In this document: in pieces, positions 9,380-19,517 of the stretch
How positions within the stretch are numbered: position 1 is the first letter of the stretch
Layout of the letters: each line of letters starts with the position of its first letter
Source: a virus
Lineage: Duplodnaviria; Caudoviricetes
Strand: one strand, 5' to 3'
Virus record (IMG/VR): IMGVR_UViG_2630968832_000009
Coordinates: 3,088 to 67,087 of that record
DNA: 64,000 nucleotides
The notes under the pieces: model-generated
Databases searched by the model: none
Seen by the model: the letters and a program-made list of their open reading frames with translations, nothing else
Told to the model about the DNA's origin: nothing
Made by a program: the position numbers and the translations under genes

Positions 9380-9461
9380 ATCATCCAAAATATTTTTCAT
9401 GCGCTACATCCAAAAAAACGCCCTGCAAAGCAGAGCGTTCTTCGTTATATTCAATTTAATT
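9380..9461. repeat. Cassette repeat C (~80 bp)
   Basis: Near-identical to repeat B. Confidence 0.9.
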
Positions 9462-9664
9462 CCATGATAAGGTTAGCTTTCGCTTGTTTGATGCACAATC
9501 TTTCAGATATAAATTTATAAGCGTTTGATACGGGATGCGGCCTCTTCAGACTGACTTTTGAAATAGTCTATTGCTTCCGCATCAATGTTTATTGTGATTT
9601 GTCGTTTTAGCTGTTTGCTATATGGGTTTTTCCTTGCATTTGAAAAATCGTATTCTCGTTTCAT
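9456..9664 (-). pseudogene. BrnA-family antitoxin, 1-nt frameshift, no BrnT partner
   Basis: MKREYDFSNARKNPY...ITINID...YFK, continuing in shifted frame GIPYQTLINLYLKDCA...LSWN*. Confidence 0.8.
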
Positions 9665-9681
9665 GTTGTCGCCCACCATAA

Positions 9682-9960
9682 TCAACAATAAAATCTTATT
9701 TCTCCGTGATGATCTTGCCACTTTCTAACGATTTCAAACGATCTGGCTTCGATGACATCCATGATATCGGAAAGCATTCGTTCCGGAATTTTAGAATTAT
9801 TATGGGCTAGCAAACATTTTCCTTGTCGTGTAATCCAAACTTTTGTTGCATTTCCGGATGGAGTCCCCTGTGTGATATGAACGTGTACTGGTTCTAATGG
9901 ATAATTTTCATTTGACCAAAAATACACAAGATATGCCCCAACTCTAAATATTTGCGGCAC
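9682..9960 (-). CDS. DUF4160-family protein (putative HicA-like toxin)
   Basis: MPQIFRVGAYLVYFWSNENYPLEPVHVHI...ATKVWIT. Confidence 0.85.
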   Translation of the reverse strand: MPQIFRVGAYLVYFWSNENYPLEPVHVHITQGTPSGNATKVWITRQGKCLLAHNNSKIPERMLSDIMDVIEARSFEIVRKWQDHHGEIRFYC

Positions 9961-10222
9961 AGCCCATTCCTCCTTGCTTCGAGAACCGAATGATCAAATG
10001 TGCCGTACTTTCAAGGAGTTCCTGAAAATACTGAATTTCAGCGTCACTATATCCATCAACATTTCTCCACGCATATTCAGGCAAACGGCAATATGCATTC
10101 TTGAACCCCGTGCTCACTGGTGTCTCAATAAATACATCTACATGTTCTCCCGTGTCATTTTCAATTGGCTTTCCAAATGTGATTTCTGTGTTATCTGAAA
10201 GTGTCATAAATGGATAAATCAT
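9944..10222 (-). CDS. Partner of DUF4160 (putative antitoxin)
   Basis: MIYPFMTLSDNTEI...AYCRLPEYAW; overlapping two-gene operon. Confidence 0.7.
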   Translation of the reverse strand: MIYPFMTLSDNTEITFGKPIENDTGEHVDVFIETPVSTGFKNAYCRLPEYAWRNVDGYSDAEIQYFQELLESTAHLIIRFSKQGGMGCAANI

Positions 10223-10709
10223 ATTATTCGCCTCTTTTTTACACTTTTAGTACGTAGTGACGATTTCTAAAACACTAAAACAATCAATGCGTGAGCTTGT
10301 GACAGTCTATGTTTCTATATATATTATATTCATTTCATGCAATGAGGTCAATTGCAACATTAAATAATTGCCCCATCTAAATAATCCATTTCCCATTTTT
10401 CAAGCCCAGAGTGATTTTCATAAATACTTTTTGTACCATACAATTTGTAGCTATGCAAAAGATACTCCGGACTTTTACAATGCATATTGCTTGTGTTATA
10501 TCCTTTTGACACCTTGCATCTATGCGTTGTCAAACATTCAGAATGCGACGTTTGCGGCAATTCTTTTGTGCCGTAAAGAGGAACTATTGCAACATCATTA
10601 AAGAAACCGCAAGACAGAGTTTGCGGTCAAGGTGGTGTAAAAAACAAATTGTTATTTATACAAAACGCTTATATAAGATAATTCTGTTTTATGGTAAAAT
10701 GGTAGCGAG

Positions 10710-11333
10710 GTGATTGAAATGAGTAAGGGAGACGGACACGGTATGAGCTTTGTTTACGATTGGCAGCTGTTTACAGAAAAAAATCGTGAATATTCTCATC
10801 CTATTGGCCAATCAAAATGCAAAACATATTCTATTGAAGATTATGCAAAAGGATGCTTATATTATATCAAAGAAAATAGTTGTTGCGCATTGAATAAAAA
10901 GACTTGTGTTTGTTTTACAGATAATTCCAAGCTTTGCGAAAAACATGTGCGTGATACAATCATTTCTCAGCCCCCTAGAACAAATGACGGACACTATAAA
11001 AATAATTCTATAAGCAGTCAGAATTCGAGAAGCACTTCTTTAATTCCCACCAAAACAATTACATTGTCGAATCATAAAACTCATTCTAAAGATTATTATC
11101 CGAAAACATTCAAAGAGCAAAAAAGATATCTATTAAAAACAATTTTACATGTATATGTTTTAGTTGTTTGCATTATGTTCCCAGCAAAAAAAGTCCAACT
11201 TGTAACGCAGGATACGCCTTCAACAAGAGAAAGAAAACTTGTCCGATTTTTTCTTACCGAAAATCAGGCACAATTAGTTTGGGAGATAATTCAAATGCAC
11301 AAAAATGAGGTTGCATATCTTGAAATACAGTAA
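10710..11333 (+). CDS. Hypothetical protein (counter-oriented moron)
   Basis: 207-aa AT-rich ORF with upstream TGnTAAAAT. Confidence 0.55.
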   Translation: MIEMSKGDGHGMSFVYDWQLFTEKNREYSHPIGQSKCKTYSIEDYAKGCLYYIKENSCCALNKKTCVCFTDNSKLCEKHVRDTIISQPPRTNDGHYKNNSISSQNSRSTSLIPTKTITLSNHKTHSKDYYPKTFKEQKRYLLKTILHVYVLVVCIMFPAKKVQLVTQDTPSTRERKLVRFFLTENQAQLVWEIIQMHKNEVAYLEIQ

Positions 11334-11439
11334 CCGCAAAAAACAAACTGCCTTGCCATGAGGTAACGGATCAACTGATTGAATTGCTAACTTACAACCG
11401 GGTGCAACACTCAATATAGTGTAATGCAGTTACAAATCT

Positions 11440-11619
11440 TTATTTATTTTTCTCAATATAATCAATGATAAACTGTTTTAAAACTGAATAACGACTCACA
11501 CCGTTTTTCTTACAACATTCATCAAATTCCTTGGCTATTGAAATAGGTAGATTGGCTCCAACAAGTTTTCTTTGCTCTTTTTCCCTTGCGTATTCCTTAC
11601 TATAATTTCTTTCAGCCAT
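11440..11619 (-). CDS. Ribbon-helix-helix (CopG-like) protein, below ORF-track cutoff
   Basis: 59 aa MAERNYSKEYAREKEQRKLVGANLPISIAKEFDECCKKNGVSRYSVLKQFIIDYIEKNK. Confidence 0.7.
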   Translation of the reverse strand: MAERNYSKEYAREKEQRKLVGANLPISIAKEFDECCKKNGVSRYSVLKQFIIDYIEKNK

Positions 11620-11623
11620 ACTA

Positions 11624-11884
11624 TCACTTACTTATTTTAAATTCCTTTTTAATGATTTTCTTTATAAAATCCGAAGCAGATTTACATTGGTATTCTAAAA
11701 GCAGATCATCAAACAATTCGCCCTCTTGTGTTGTAAGAATTAAATTATATCGCCTTTTTAGTTGCTCTCTCTTTTTTTCTGCTTCTTCTCTCGACATAGC
11801 CATACTATCACCATCCAGTGATGATAGTATACCAAAATTTCCTGGCTTTTTCAATTCAATTGTATTGCACTTTTTCTTGCTCAT
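11624..11884 (-). CDS. Small protein with RHH-like C-terminus
   Basis: YNLILTTQEGELFDDLLLEYQCKSASDFIKKII. Confidence 0.6.
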   Translation of the reverse strand: MSKKKCNTIELKKPGNFGILSSLDGDSMAMSREEAEKKREQLKRRYNLILTTQEGELFDDLLLEYQCKSASDFIKKIIKKEFKISK

Positions 11885-12266
11885 GTGATATACTTATCCG
11901 CAAAGGGGCAGGCGGTTTATAGTGTCGCCCAGCACTTTTTGCTTATTGGCTTATGTATTCTATGGCAGCTTGCCAGCTTTCAAACTTTATTAGTTTGGTG
12001 CCACACCTTACATACCAATATTCCCCCATTGGGAAAGGCAATCATTGCGCCCCCTTTCGCCTGTGTAGATGCACAGGCTTTTTTGTTGCCACTCTGCATT
12101 TTTCATGCGGGCTTGTGACCGCCATTGGCTGCATTAGCTAGGGCGGCTTTTGCCGCCCCGGATTCGTTTTAGCCCTCTTTCTTTGCTCGATGGCAAGCCG
12201 CTTTCGAGGTCATCTTATACTTTCCACCCTCTTTGCGCGTTTTGATTGCCGAAAAAATTGCATTCA

Positions 12267-12992
12267 TCATGGTTTTTCGTTAAAGACTTGGATCGCGTCA
12301 TACTTGACATTTGCGGCACTGATTTTGATAAATTTGACATCCTCTTTCAGCATTTTCGGAAGCACACTCTCCGGACAGATTGCGGCACAAACCTTGCGCA
12401 ACTGTTCTTCCATTTTCGCAAGGCCAATACCCTCCATGCCATATTCTGCTTTTTTCTGTGCTTGCAGATCAGTAAGCGCAGGACTTACGATTTTGATATC
12501 ATCTGCGATAGATTGCGCAATGTTATCCAGGAACATTCTGAGGTACAGGTCAAATTTGCTGTCATTTGCAATAGTCACAGCTTTGTTTAAAATCGGATTG
12601 CCGTTTGCATCTAATTCTTTCGAGTTTTTAAGCTGAAAAGCACGGTTCAGGTCATAGAAATTGAGCTGCTTCTTTACGTCAGCAACTTTATATGCGCTTG
12701 TCTTTTTATCCAATACGATTCGTTTTGTCATATAGAACGGGTCATCAATGAATGCTGTAAACATCGCTTCCCGGTCCATTGTGAGAAATTCTGCGCACTT
12801 TGCGGTTTTGATTCGTCTAGTTTCTTCTTTTGCGGCATTATCTGCCAAATCCGTGACTTTTTCTCCTGCATTCAGCAGATCTGCCCAATCTTGCAGAGTA
12901 AGAGCATCAAATTGTGCTTTTTCTTCGTTGGAAAGCTCTTTTGCAGCGCGGATGTTCTCGATAATAGCGATGATATTCTTTTTGTTTTCCAT
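12267..12992 (-). CDS. Early hypothetical protein (probably extends to 12169 if one A is restored)
   Basis: Long Ala/Lys-rich ORF with AAAGGGG RBS; the shifted frame continues TMMNAIFSAIK...KKEG*. Confidence 0.75.
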   Translation of the reverse strand: MENKKNIIAIIENIRAAKELSNEEKAQFDALTLQDWADLLNAGEKVTDLADNAAKEETRRIKTAKCAEFLTMDREAMFTAFIDDPFYMTKRIVLDKKTSAYKVADVKKQLNFYDLNRAFQLKNSKELDANGNPILNKAVTIANDSKFDLYLRMFLDNIAQSIADDIKIVSPALTDLQAQKKAEYGMEGIGLAKMEEQLRKVCAAICPESVLPKMLKEDVKFIKISAANVKYDAIQVFNEKP

Positions 12993-13122
12993 GGTAAAAG
13001 CCCCTTTCAAATTGTAAAAAATAAAGCCCAGTGGTAAGCTGGGCTTGCGTACAAGAGTGTTTAGCACTCATAAAAAAGCACAAGATACTTGCAACTACTT
13101 CGGCACTTTGGCTGCAATAGCC

Positions 13123-13326
13123 TTACACGTAAGTATACGTTTTACCGCGTTTTGCTTTCTCTTGTGCTTTCGTTATCAATGTTAAACACATTGAATTATG
13201 TAGTTTTTCCGCAGGAATGACCGCTACTTGCTTACAGTCTCCGCAGGCATTCCCGCCACACTTGCCACAAGTAGTACCATGTGTTTTACTTGCGTTTCGC
13301 AAAGTGCGTTTATACTTTTCGTCCAA
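13123..13326 (-). CDS. Small Cys-rich protein
   Basis: 67 aa, CGKC...CGDC. Confidence 0.5.
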   Translation of the reverse strand: MDEKYKRTLRNASKTHGTTCGKCGGNACGDCKQVAVIPAEKLHNSMCLTLITKAQEKAKRGKTYTYV

Positions 13327-13843
13327 TACTCTTTTGTTTCAGTTCGTACCGTTGGACAGCGCCTATAAATAGCGCTTGCTTGCTACTTTACTACGGTTTT
13401 ACATCCGTTCACATCAGGCCACACTTTCCCTATGGACTTTACGGACATTTAACCGCTTTTTCTTGCAAACTATGGGAACAATCCACGTTGCAAGCTATAC
13501 AATGTGCGCGGGCGTCGCAATCTCCTTTATCCCTATGCCTTGCGGTCCCTTGTAAACAAGTTTCCTCGCCTATAATGACACATGTGTCATATAGTGGCAT
13601 TGCACTATTGATTTTTCAAGTTTCTGAAATTCCCTTGCACCGTCCCGGCGCGATATTGGAAACGACTTTTGACGGTATGGAAAGCACCGTCTAAAGATTG
13701 CTTTTTCCCGCAACCTATGTTTGAATATAACGCGCTCCGCGTGTCGTGGGTATGTGTCGCAAGGCGTGGGGCCCGTGCAGCTGTCCCGCGTGACCTCTCA
13801 TGCGTGGCGCTGTCCGTGGGCCGTGTCCCTCTTGACAATGCCT

Positions 13844-13885
13844 ATTTTAAACGTTGGTATTACCAATGTCAATTGGTATTCCCAA
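13844..13885 (-). promoter_or_regulatory. Early SigA promoter with two operator dyads
   Basis: TTGACA(13872-13867)-17-TAAAAT; TTGGTATTACCAA (13854-13866) and TTGGTATTCCCAA (13873-13885) flank the -35. Confidence 0.75.
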
Positions 13886-15166
13886 CATGCGCAATATAAA
13901 CAATATATAGGCGAAAACAGGCATAATACATTGTAAAAAACAAGCCAATTTACCCTATACCTTATTCGCGCGTGCGCGTATGCGCGTACTAATACGCGCG
14001 TATATGCGTATACGTGTGTATGTGTGGCGTTAGATGAACGCGCGCGCATATGGTGTGTTTTTACCGCAAAATGCGGTATAATCGGCGTGTATCTACTACA
14101 AGTGTAGTAGTAAATAGCAAAATGCAAAGTATGCTTTGCAAAATGGCCTCCCGCGCGCCGCGCGCAATCGCGGCATATGGTTTTAAATACTAGATAATAT
14201 TTTATTCATCATCAGATACAGGCAAAAAAAGCCGCAAAATTACCGTTATGCGGCTTTTGGCTTAGTAAAGCCATTTATGGGCATTTATGGGGGGGGATAT
14301 TTACATTTTTCAGGTATAAAAAATCACGCAAAAACCATTAAGTACCTCTCTCCCACACCCCAGATTATTTTCCATAATTTCCCACTATTTCCCCCATTTT
14401 TATTCGGGACTCGCTTCGGCAAAACCCTTGATCTAAGCCATTTTCCCCATTTCCATTCCTCTCAAAATTCACATTAATCACGCTAAAATCCTTTCAAAAA
14501 GCCTCAAAAACCGTTGAAAACACTACGTTTTCCCCGAATATCGCAAAAAAGCGCTAAAAAGTTCAAATCAAATCTCAAAATTTTTCCCTTCAATCCCTTC
14601 ACTTCTCTCCCCTCTCATTCTCACAAAACCGCATCCCAAAGCCATTTTTCCCTCTTATTTCCCTCCCATTTTCGGTATTATTTCCATATCCGAAAATCCT
14701 CTAAAATCGTGTCATTTCAGACAAAAATAACATTCATCCACGGGGTCCAGCATAAAATTCCGATATATAAGCATAAAAAACAGCAGGCCAAGCATGGTCT
14801 GCTGTTCTAAAAGCCAATATATTGTTTTCATATCTAAAACTGAAAAGTACAAGCTGCCATTATGCCAACTCATTAAAGTCTCATTTCTTTCTCTATTGGC
14901 ATGAACGGTATTCCCTTAAATCAATCCGTATCATTTTATATCATGTGCTATCCCTCATCCCCCCATCACAAGGGATTCCGTTTTTGCAGGATATCTTCTC
15001 GTTTGATCTACTGTCGTCCATTATAAAGAGCAGTTGGAAGATTTGTAAATTTGCTTCAATAATCAGAACCTTTTGTGAACACAATTATTATACTTGAATT
15101 TTTGAACATTCACTTTGGCTCTTGGGTGGACTTTGTTCCTCTTTTTCTTTCGATAATAAAAAGCTA

Positions 15167-15195
15167 TTGACATTCGGAAAGCAGAGTGGTATGAT
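15167..15195 (+). promoter_or_regulatory. SigA promoter of T-box leader
   Basis: TTGACA-17-TATGAT with TG extension. Confidence 0.85.
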
Positions 15196-15214
15196 AGCAA
15201 AAAATCAAACAGTC

Positions 15215-15482
15215 AAATGTGTTGATAAGGAAAAGTAGCGAGAGGAAAGCTTACAGAGAGCCGTGGGTTGATGGGACACGGCAACGGAACTTCCGCGAAA
15301 ATCCCCTTAGAACAGTCCGGGTGAAGAGCGCGCCCTACGCTTGCGTAAGCCGGAACGTGTAACATACGTTATCATGTTTATCATTGACGGATGATAATTG
15401 AGCGGCCGTTTTCGGACGGCAAATAGAGTGGTACCGCAGAGTTGAAACCTTTGTCTCTAATTTTAGAGATGAAGGTTTTTTT
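15215..15482 (+). ncRNA. T-box riboswitch, probable Ile (AUC) specifier
   Basis: AGTA/GAA loop E, AGAGA and GGTTGATGGGA distal motifs, GAAAATC specifier loop, AGAGTGGTACCGC T-box, terminator hairpin ending in a T run. Confidence 0.92.
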
Positions 15483-15546
15483 GTATTCTGAGGGAACAGC
15501 GCATTGGCTGAAAGATTCATCACTTCAAAATGAGGAGGAAAAACAA

Positions 15547-16479
15547 ATGAGAGTTTTGGAGAAAATAAGTGATTTTGTAGGAAAGTACATGGCAATCCTT
15601 GTCCTAGCCGTGGCTGCACTTGCCCTGTTCGTGCCACAGTCTGTAAGTTTCATTAAGACAAGCTACGTCAACACACTTCTGGGCATCGTAATGTTCGGTA
15701 TGGGGCTTACCCTGAAAGCCAGCGATTTTAAGGTTGTATTCAGCCGTCCCAAGGATATCATTATCGGCGCTGTTGCACAGTTCACCATCATGCCGCTGCT
15801 TGCCTTTGTTCTGACAAAGCTTTTCCAACTTCCGCCAGAGCTGGCCGTAGGCGTTATTCTGGTGGGCACATGCCCCGGTGGTACTTCCTCCAATGTTATG
15901 ACTTATCTTGCAAAAGGCGATGTGGCCCTGTCTGTTGGCATGACCGGCGTCTCCACCATTCTTGCACCGTTCCTGACTCCGCTTCTAACTAAACTGTATG
16001 CTGGACAGACGGTAGATGTAGATCTTCTGAGTATGTTCTTATCCATCGTAAAGGTTGTGATTGTTCCCATCGTACTGGGCTGCATCATCAATAAGCTGTT
16101 CTCCAGCTTTACCGAGAAGGTTACAAAGGTTCTGCCCCTTGTTTCCGTCACTGCCATCGTGGCCATCGTAGCCGCTGTTGTATCTGCCAACTCTTCCAAA
16201 ATCATGACCTGTGGTTTTCTTATCATGCTGGTAGTTGTTCTTCACAACTGTCTCGGTTATGCGCTGGGCTTCGCTGTGGGCAAGGTTCTGAAGCTTGACA
16301 TGAGTAAATGCAAGGCAGTTGCCATCGAAGTCGGTATGCAGAACTCTGGTCTTGCAACCTCTCTGGCGGCCACCCATTTTGCACAGTATCCGCTGGCTAC
16401 TATCCCTGGCGCTGTATTCAGCGTATGGCATAATATTTCCGGCGCTATCTTTGCAAACTTTATGACGTCCAAAGAGTAA
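15547..16479 (+). CDS. Bile acid:sodium symporter (BASS) family transporter, PanS/YocS-like
   Basis: MFGMGLTL, AQFTIMP, CPGGTSSNVMTYLAKGDVALSV, EVGMQNSGLA, FSVWHN. Confidence 0.93.
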   Translation: MRVLEKISDFVGKYMAILVLAVAALALFVPQSVSFIKTSYVNTLLGIVMFGMGLTLKASDFKVVFSRPKDIIIGAVAQFTIMPLLAFVLTKLFQLPPELAVGVILVGTCPGGTSSNVMTYLAKGDVALSVGMTGVSTILAPFLTPLLTKLYAGQTVDVDLLSMFLSIVKVVIVPIVLGCIINKLFSSFTEKVTKVLPLVSVTAIVAIVAAVVSANSSKIMTCGFLIMLVVVLHNCLGYALGFAVGKVLKLDMSKCKAVAIEVGMQNSGLATSLAATHFAQYPLATIPGAVFSVWHNISGAIFANFMTSKE

Positions 16480-16749
16480 TCTGGTAATGATAACTATTTT
16501 GCTGTTGACTTACAGTGCAGATAGTGATATTCTAGCCATGATAAGACTTTCACAAACGAAGTTTTGCGGTTGAATTAGGAGTAATTCCCCATGAAGAAAC
16601 CTGCTTGCTTTAGCTCTGGCGGCTGTGGCTGGCGCAACTTCTTCCCGCGAGTCCGTGAAAGCGCTGATGGCAGCTGTTGAGAAGCAGGCCAAAGCTGGCA
16701 ATACGGAAGTTGTTCTCGTAGATAATGCGAAATAACTTCAACTTTTAAG

Positions 16750-16779
16750 AAAAAGGGAAGCAAGAGCTTCCCTTTTTTT
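16750..16779 (+). terminator. Terminator, possibly bidirectional
   Basis: AAAAAGGGAAGC-AAGA-GCTTCCCTTTTTTT. Confidence 0.8.
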
Positions 16780-16861
16780 GTACATAAGCATTTTTTAGTT
16801 TGTAAAGCAATCCTTTATCATTGTCCATAAGCAATTACATTTTTCGAAGGAGGTCTTTCAA

Positions 16862-17089
16862 GTGACACAGGAAGAGCTGCAGATCATTTCTAACCGCGAT
16901 GCGCACTGGGACGAGGTTATAAATCTTTGCAGGAAATACGGCTTCATCACGCAGGAGTATGGAAACGCTGTAACACTCATGACAAACAGCTATCAAATCG
17001 ACTCATGGCAAGAGCCGACTTACCGCTTTCGTCAGGAGCAACTGTTTGGCAGCTTCCCGCAACCTGAGGAGACCTCTGGGAAAAAGTAA
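16862..17089 (+). CDS. Small hypothetical phage protein
   Basis: 75 aa, AAGGAGGT RBS. Confidence 0.7.
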   Translation: MTQEELQIISNRDAHWDEVINLCRKYGFITQEYGNAVTLMTNSYQIDSWQEPTYRFRQEQLFGSFPQPEETSGKK

Positions 17090-17855
17090 ATCGTGCAATT
17101 CAACTTACCACAAATTTCATTGATTATAATCAGCAAAATAAATACTAATTGTTTAAGCAACAACTTTATCGGCTTAACTCCATCAGTCTTCAAAAACAAA
17201 TAAATTTCCAACAAATCAAGGTATACTTGGGTATGATACTCAAAAACCTATACAAACTTCAAACCTAGACACTTTTCTATAACGAAAAATCCGAGTGGAC
17301 TCAGATATTTCTGATCCGCCCGGATTTTTTTATTGCCCCCAATATCTACGCTGCGCTACACACCACAACTCACAACAGTTCCCAGCTCTGTTTCAAGTAC
17401 CACTCAAATCCTAAGAAATTTATTACGTTTTAAGAGTTATCACTTCCATCGACAACTTTTACCGCATCATCCAAACAGGCCACAAAACATATAGAAACTT
17501 CAATAAAATCTCCATATACTTGGCCACGGTAACGCCAAGTCTAAATTTTTTTATAGCCTCACCCATAACTCCGCTTCACTTCGCTCTCTTCCCCATCATC
17601 TGGACACCGGATCGGATGGTGCACGCAGCACCATTGCACCCCCACGCTCCACAGCTCTCCAAAAGCATTTTCAAGCCACTCTCAACTACCACTATTTTTT
17701 ATTGAAATTTACAGTGTTTTGAAACACATTGCCTTCCAGCGACATCTTTTACTACTTCTACCCCATCGTTCCAAAAAAATATATGAATTTACTAGGAATT
17801 TAGGTGTACTTGGCCATGTTTTTCGATTTTCTTCAAAAAACTTTCACAGAAAGTA

Positions 17856-17884
17856 TTGACTTTTTATTTGGCTCCGAGTATACT
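17856..17884 (+). promoter_or_regulatory. SigA promoter of recombinase
   Basis: TTGACT-17-TATACT. Confidence 0.7.
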
Positions 17885-17908
17885 TAGGGCATCAAGGGAG
17901 GTTGAACA

Positions 17909-18826
17909 ATGCCTGATAACACAGTAAGTCTAAAAAATAATGCTGAAAAATGTATCCTGATCGATGCCAGTTCTTTATTCCAGAATCGTTTGATGAACGC
18001 CCACTCTTTTGAACGCAAGCCGCGCACAGCAAAGCCCGCAGCTTCATCCACTTCCTCAAAGAAGTCTGCAGACCCGATCTATGACCCATATCTCATCAAG
18101 CAGATCTCCGAGTATCTTATCTCTGTCAATAAGCCATGGGCATACCGGCTCAATGCCATCTGGTGTCTCGGCATCACTACAGGCTGTCGCATCAGTGCGT
18201 TGGTGCGCAAGGGCAAGAAAGGGAAGGCAAGTGATCCAGATGATGATTACACGCCTTTGTTCATTAGGGACATCATGGACACTCCGGATACCTTCAAGGA
18301 ACGCATTATTCTCCACGAACGCAAGGTAAAAAAAATGTTTGGCCCAATTCTCACAAAGATGGCTACAGACGCTATTTCTCTGTATCTTTCCAAGTGCCGC
18401 AAAGGCTTCTCGATGGACGAGCCTCTGTTTATAGGACAGAAAAGCAAGACAGAGGCTATTGAGGAAGGCACAGTAAATCGTGACTTTGCCAGAGTAAAAG
18501 CAGCGCTAAACATCCGTACGGCCTTTACCACGCACACTATGAGAAAAACATTTGCCCACTACGCAGCGCCTGTTATTTCGAAGCTTCGGCTTGAAGGAAT
18601 CGTTTTTATCGATCCCCATACACTCGATATCATTCGTGTCAGCACATGCCATTACGACAACAGCCTGACAAAGCAATATGCTGGTTGGGATATCCCCACT
18701 TCTGACGCCGTTCGCAATGAGCTGTCCCGCTTCTACGAAAACCCAAGCATCATGCCGCAAGTTGAACGATTGTTGACTCTTGCTTCTCAGCATAAATCCC
18801 ATTTGAATTTCTCAAGAGAGGATTGA
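17909..18826 (+). CDS. Tyrosine recombinase/integrase family protein
   Basis: TGCRISAL (R), HTMRK (HxxR), CH...TKQY (H...Y). Confidence 0.88.
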   Translation: MPDNTVSLKNNAEKCILIDASSLFQNRLMNAHSFERKPRTAKPAASSTSSKKSADPIYDPYLIKQISEYLISVNKPWAYRLNAIWCLGITTGCRISALVRKGKKGKASDPDDDYTPLFIRDIMDTPDTFKERIILHERKVKKMFGPILTKMATDAISLYLSKCRKGFSMDEPLFIGQKSKTEAIEEGTVNRDFARVKAALNIRTAFTTHTMRKTFAHYAAPVISKLRLEGIVFIDPHTLDIIRVSTCHYDNSLTKQYAGWDIPTSDAVRNELSRFYENPSIMPQVERLLTLASQHKSHLNFSRED

Positions 18827-18923
18827 TATTTTACCATTATTTCCCATTTCCAATTATCAGCCAATATTCGCAAAGAAGTATTTGTCAAAGGCCCTGATGG
18901 GCAGAAAGGACATCAAACAGAAA

Positions 18924-19268
18924 ATGAATCAAACACAAACAGCTATGCAGATTTTTGAGTACCAAGGGAATGAGGTCCGTACGATCCAACACGGAAACGA
19001 AGTATGGTGGGTATTGAGGGATGTATGCCGGGCGCTTAGTCTAAGCAATCCTGCTAAGGTTGCACAGCGTCTGGACGAGGATGAAAGGGATATAACTCTG
19101 AGTTACACCCCTGGTGGATACCAAGAAATAACCATCGTTAACGAACCAGGTCTATATTCTGTTATCCTACGTTCGGATAAACCGGAAGCAAAGACATTTA
19201 AACGTTGGGTGACGCATGAAGTTTTTCAAATTGTATTCGCCCTCAAATTTTTAGCTCTAGGGAGGTAA
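18924..19268 (+). CDS. Bro-N domain protein (antirepressor-like, C-domain absent)
   Basis: FEYQGNEVRT...WWVLRDVC...VNEPGLYSVILRSDKPEAKTFKRWVTHEV. Confidence 0.85.
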   Translation: MNQTQTAMQIFEYQGNEVRTIQHGNEVWWVLRDVCRALSLSNPAKVAQRLDEDERDITLSYTPGGYQEITIVNEPGLYSVILRSDKPEAKTFKRWVTHEVFQIVFALKFLALGR

Positions 19269-19275
19269 CCAGAAA

Positions 19276-19488
19276 ATGAAGCAAACAGCTATGCAGATTT
19301 TTACAAACCACACATTCGGCAGCATTCGTACCGTAGAAAGCGATGGCAAGATATTGTTCTGCGGATCGGATGTAGCCAAAGCACTGGGATATGCCAGACC
19401 GAACGAGGCTGTTGCCAAGCACTGTAAGGGTACGCTGAAACGGAGTATCCTCTCTTTTCCGATTTACGTCGTAATGGCAAAGCAATGA
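19276..19488 (+). pseudogene. Bro-N fragment
   Basis: FTNHTFGSIRTVESDGKILFCGSDVAKALGY; similarity breaks after ~55 aa. Confidence 0.75.
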
Positions 19489-19517
19489 TACATCAAATTT
19501 ATTTGGGAGACAACTAA

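Noticed and set aside
7851-9461. Repeats as a CRISPR array
   Set aside because: Intervals are 700-800 bp and gene-filled, the repeats are terminators, and there are no cas genes.
14277-15097. Short ORFs in the divergence region
   Set aside because: No RBS, low-complexity F/S/K/H-rich translations arising from compositional skew.
17909-18826. Recombinase as the prophage integrase marking an att boundary
   Set aside because: Phage genes lie on both sides, no att core or tRNA is visible, and SPbeta-like phages carry internal tyrosine recombinases.
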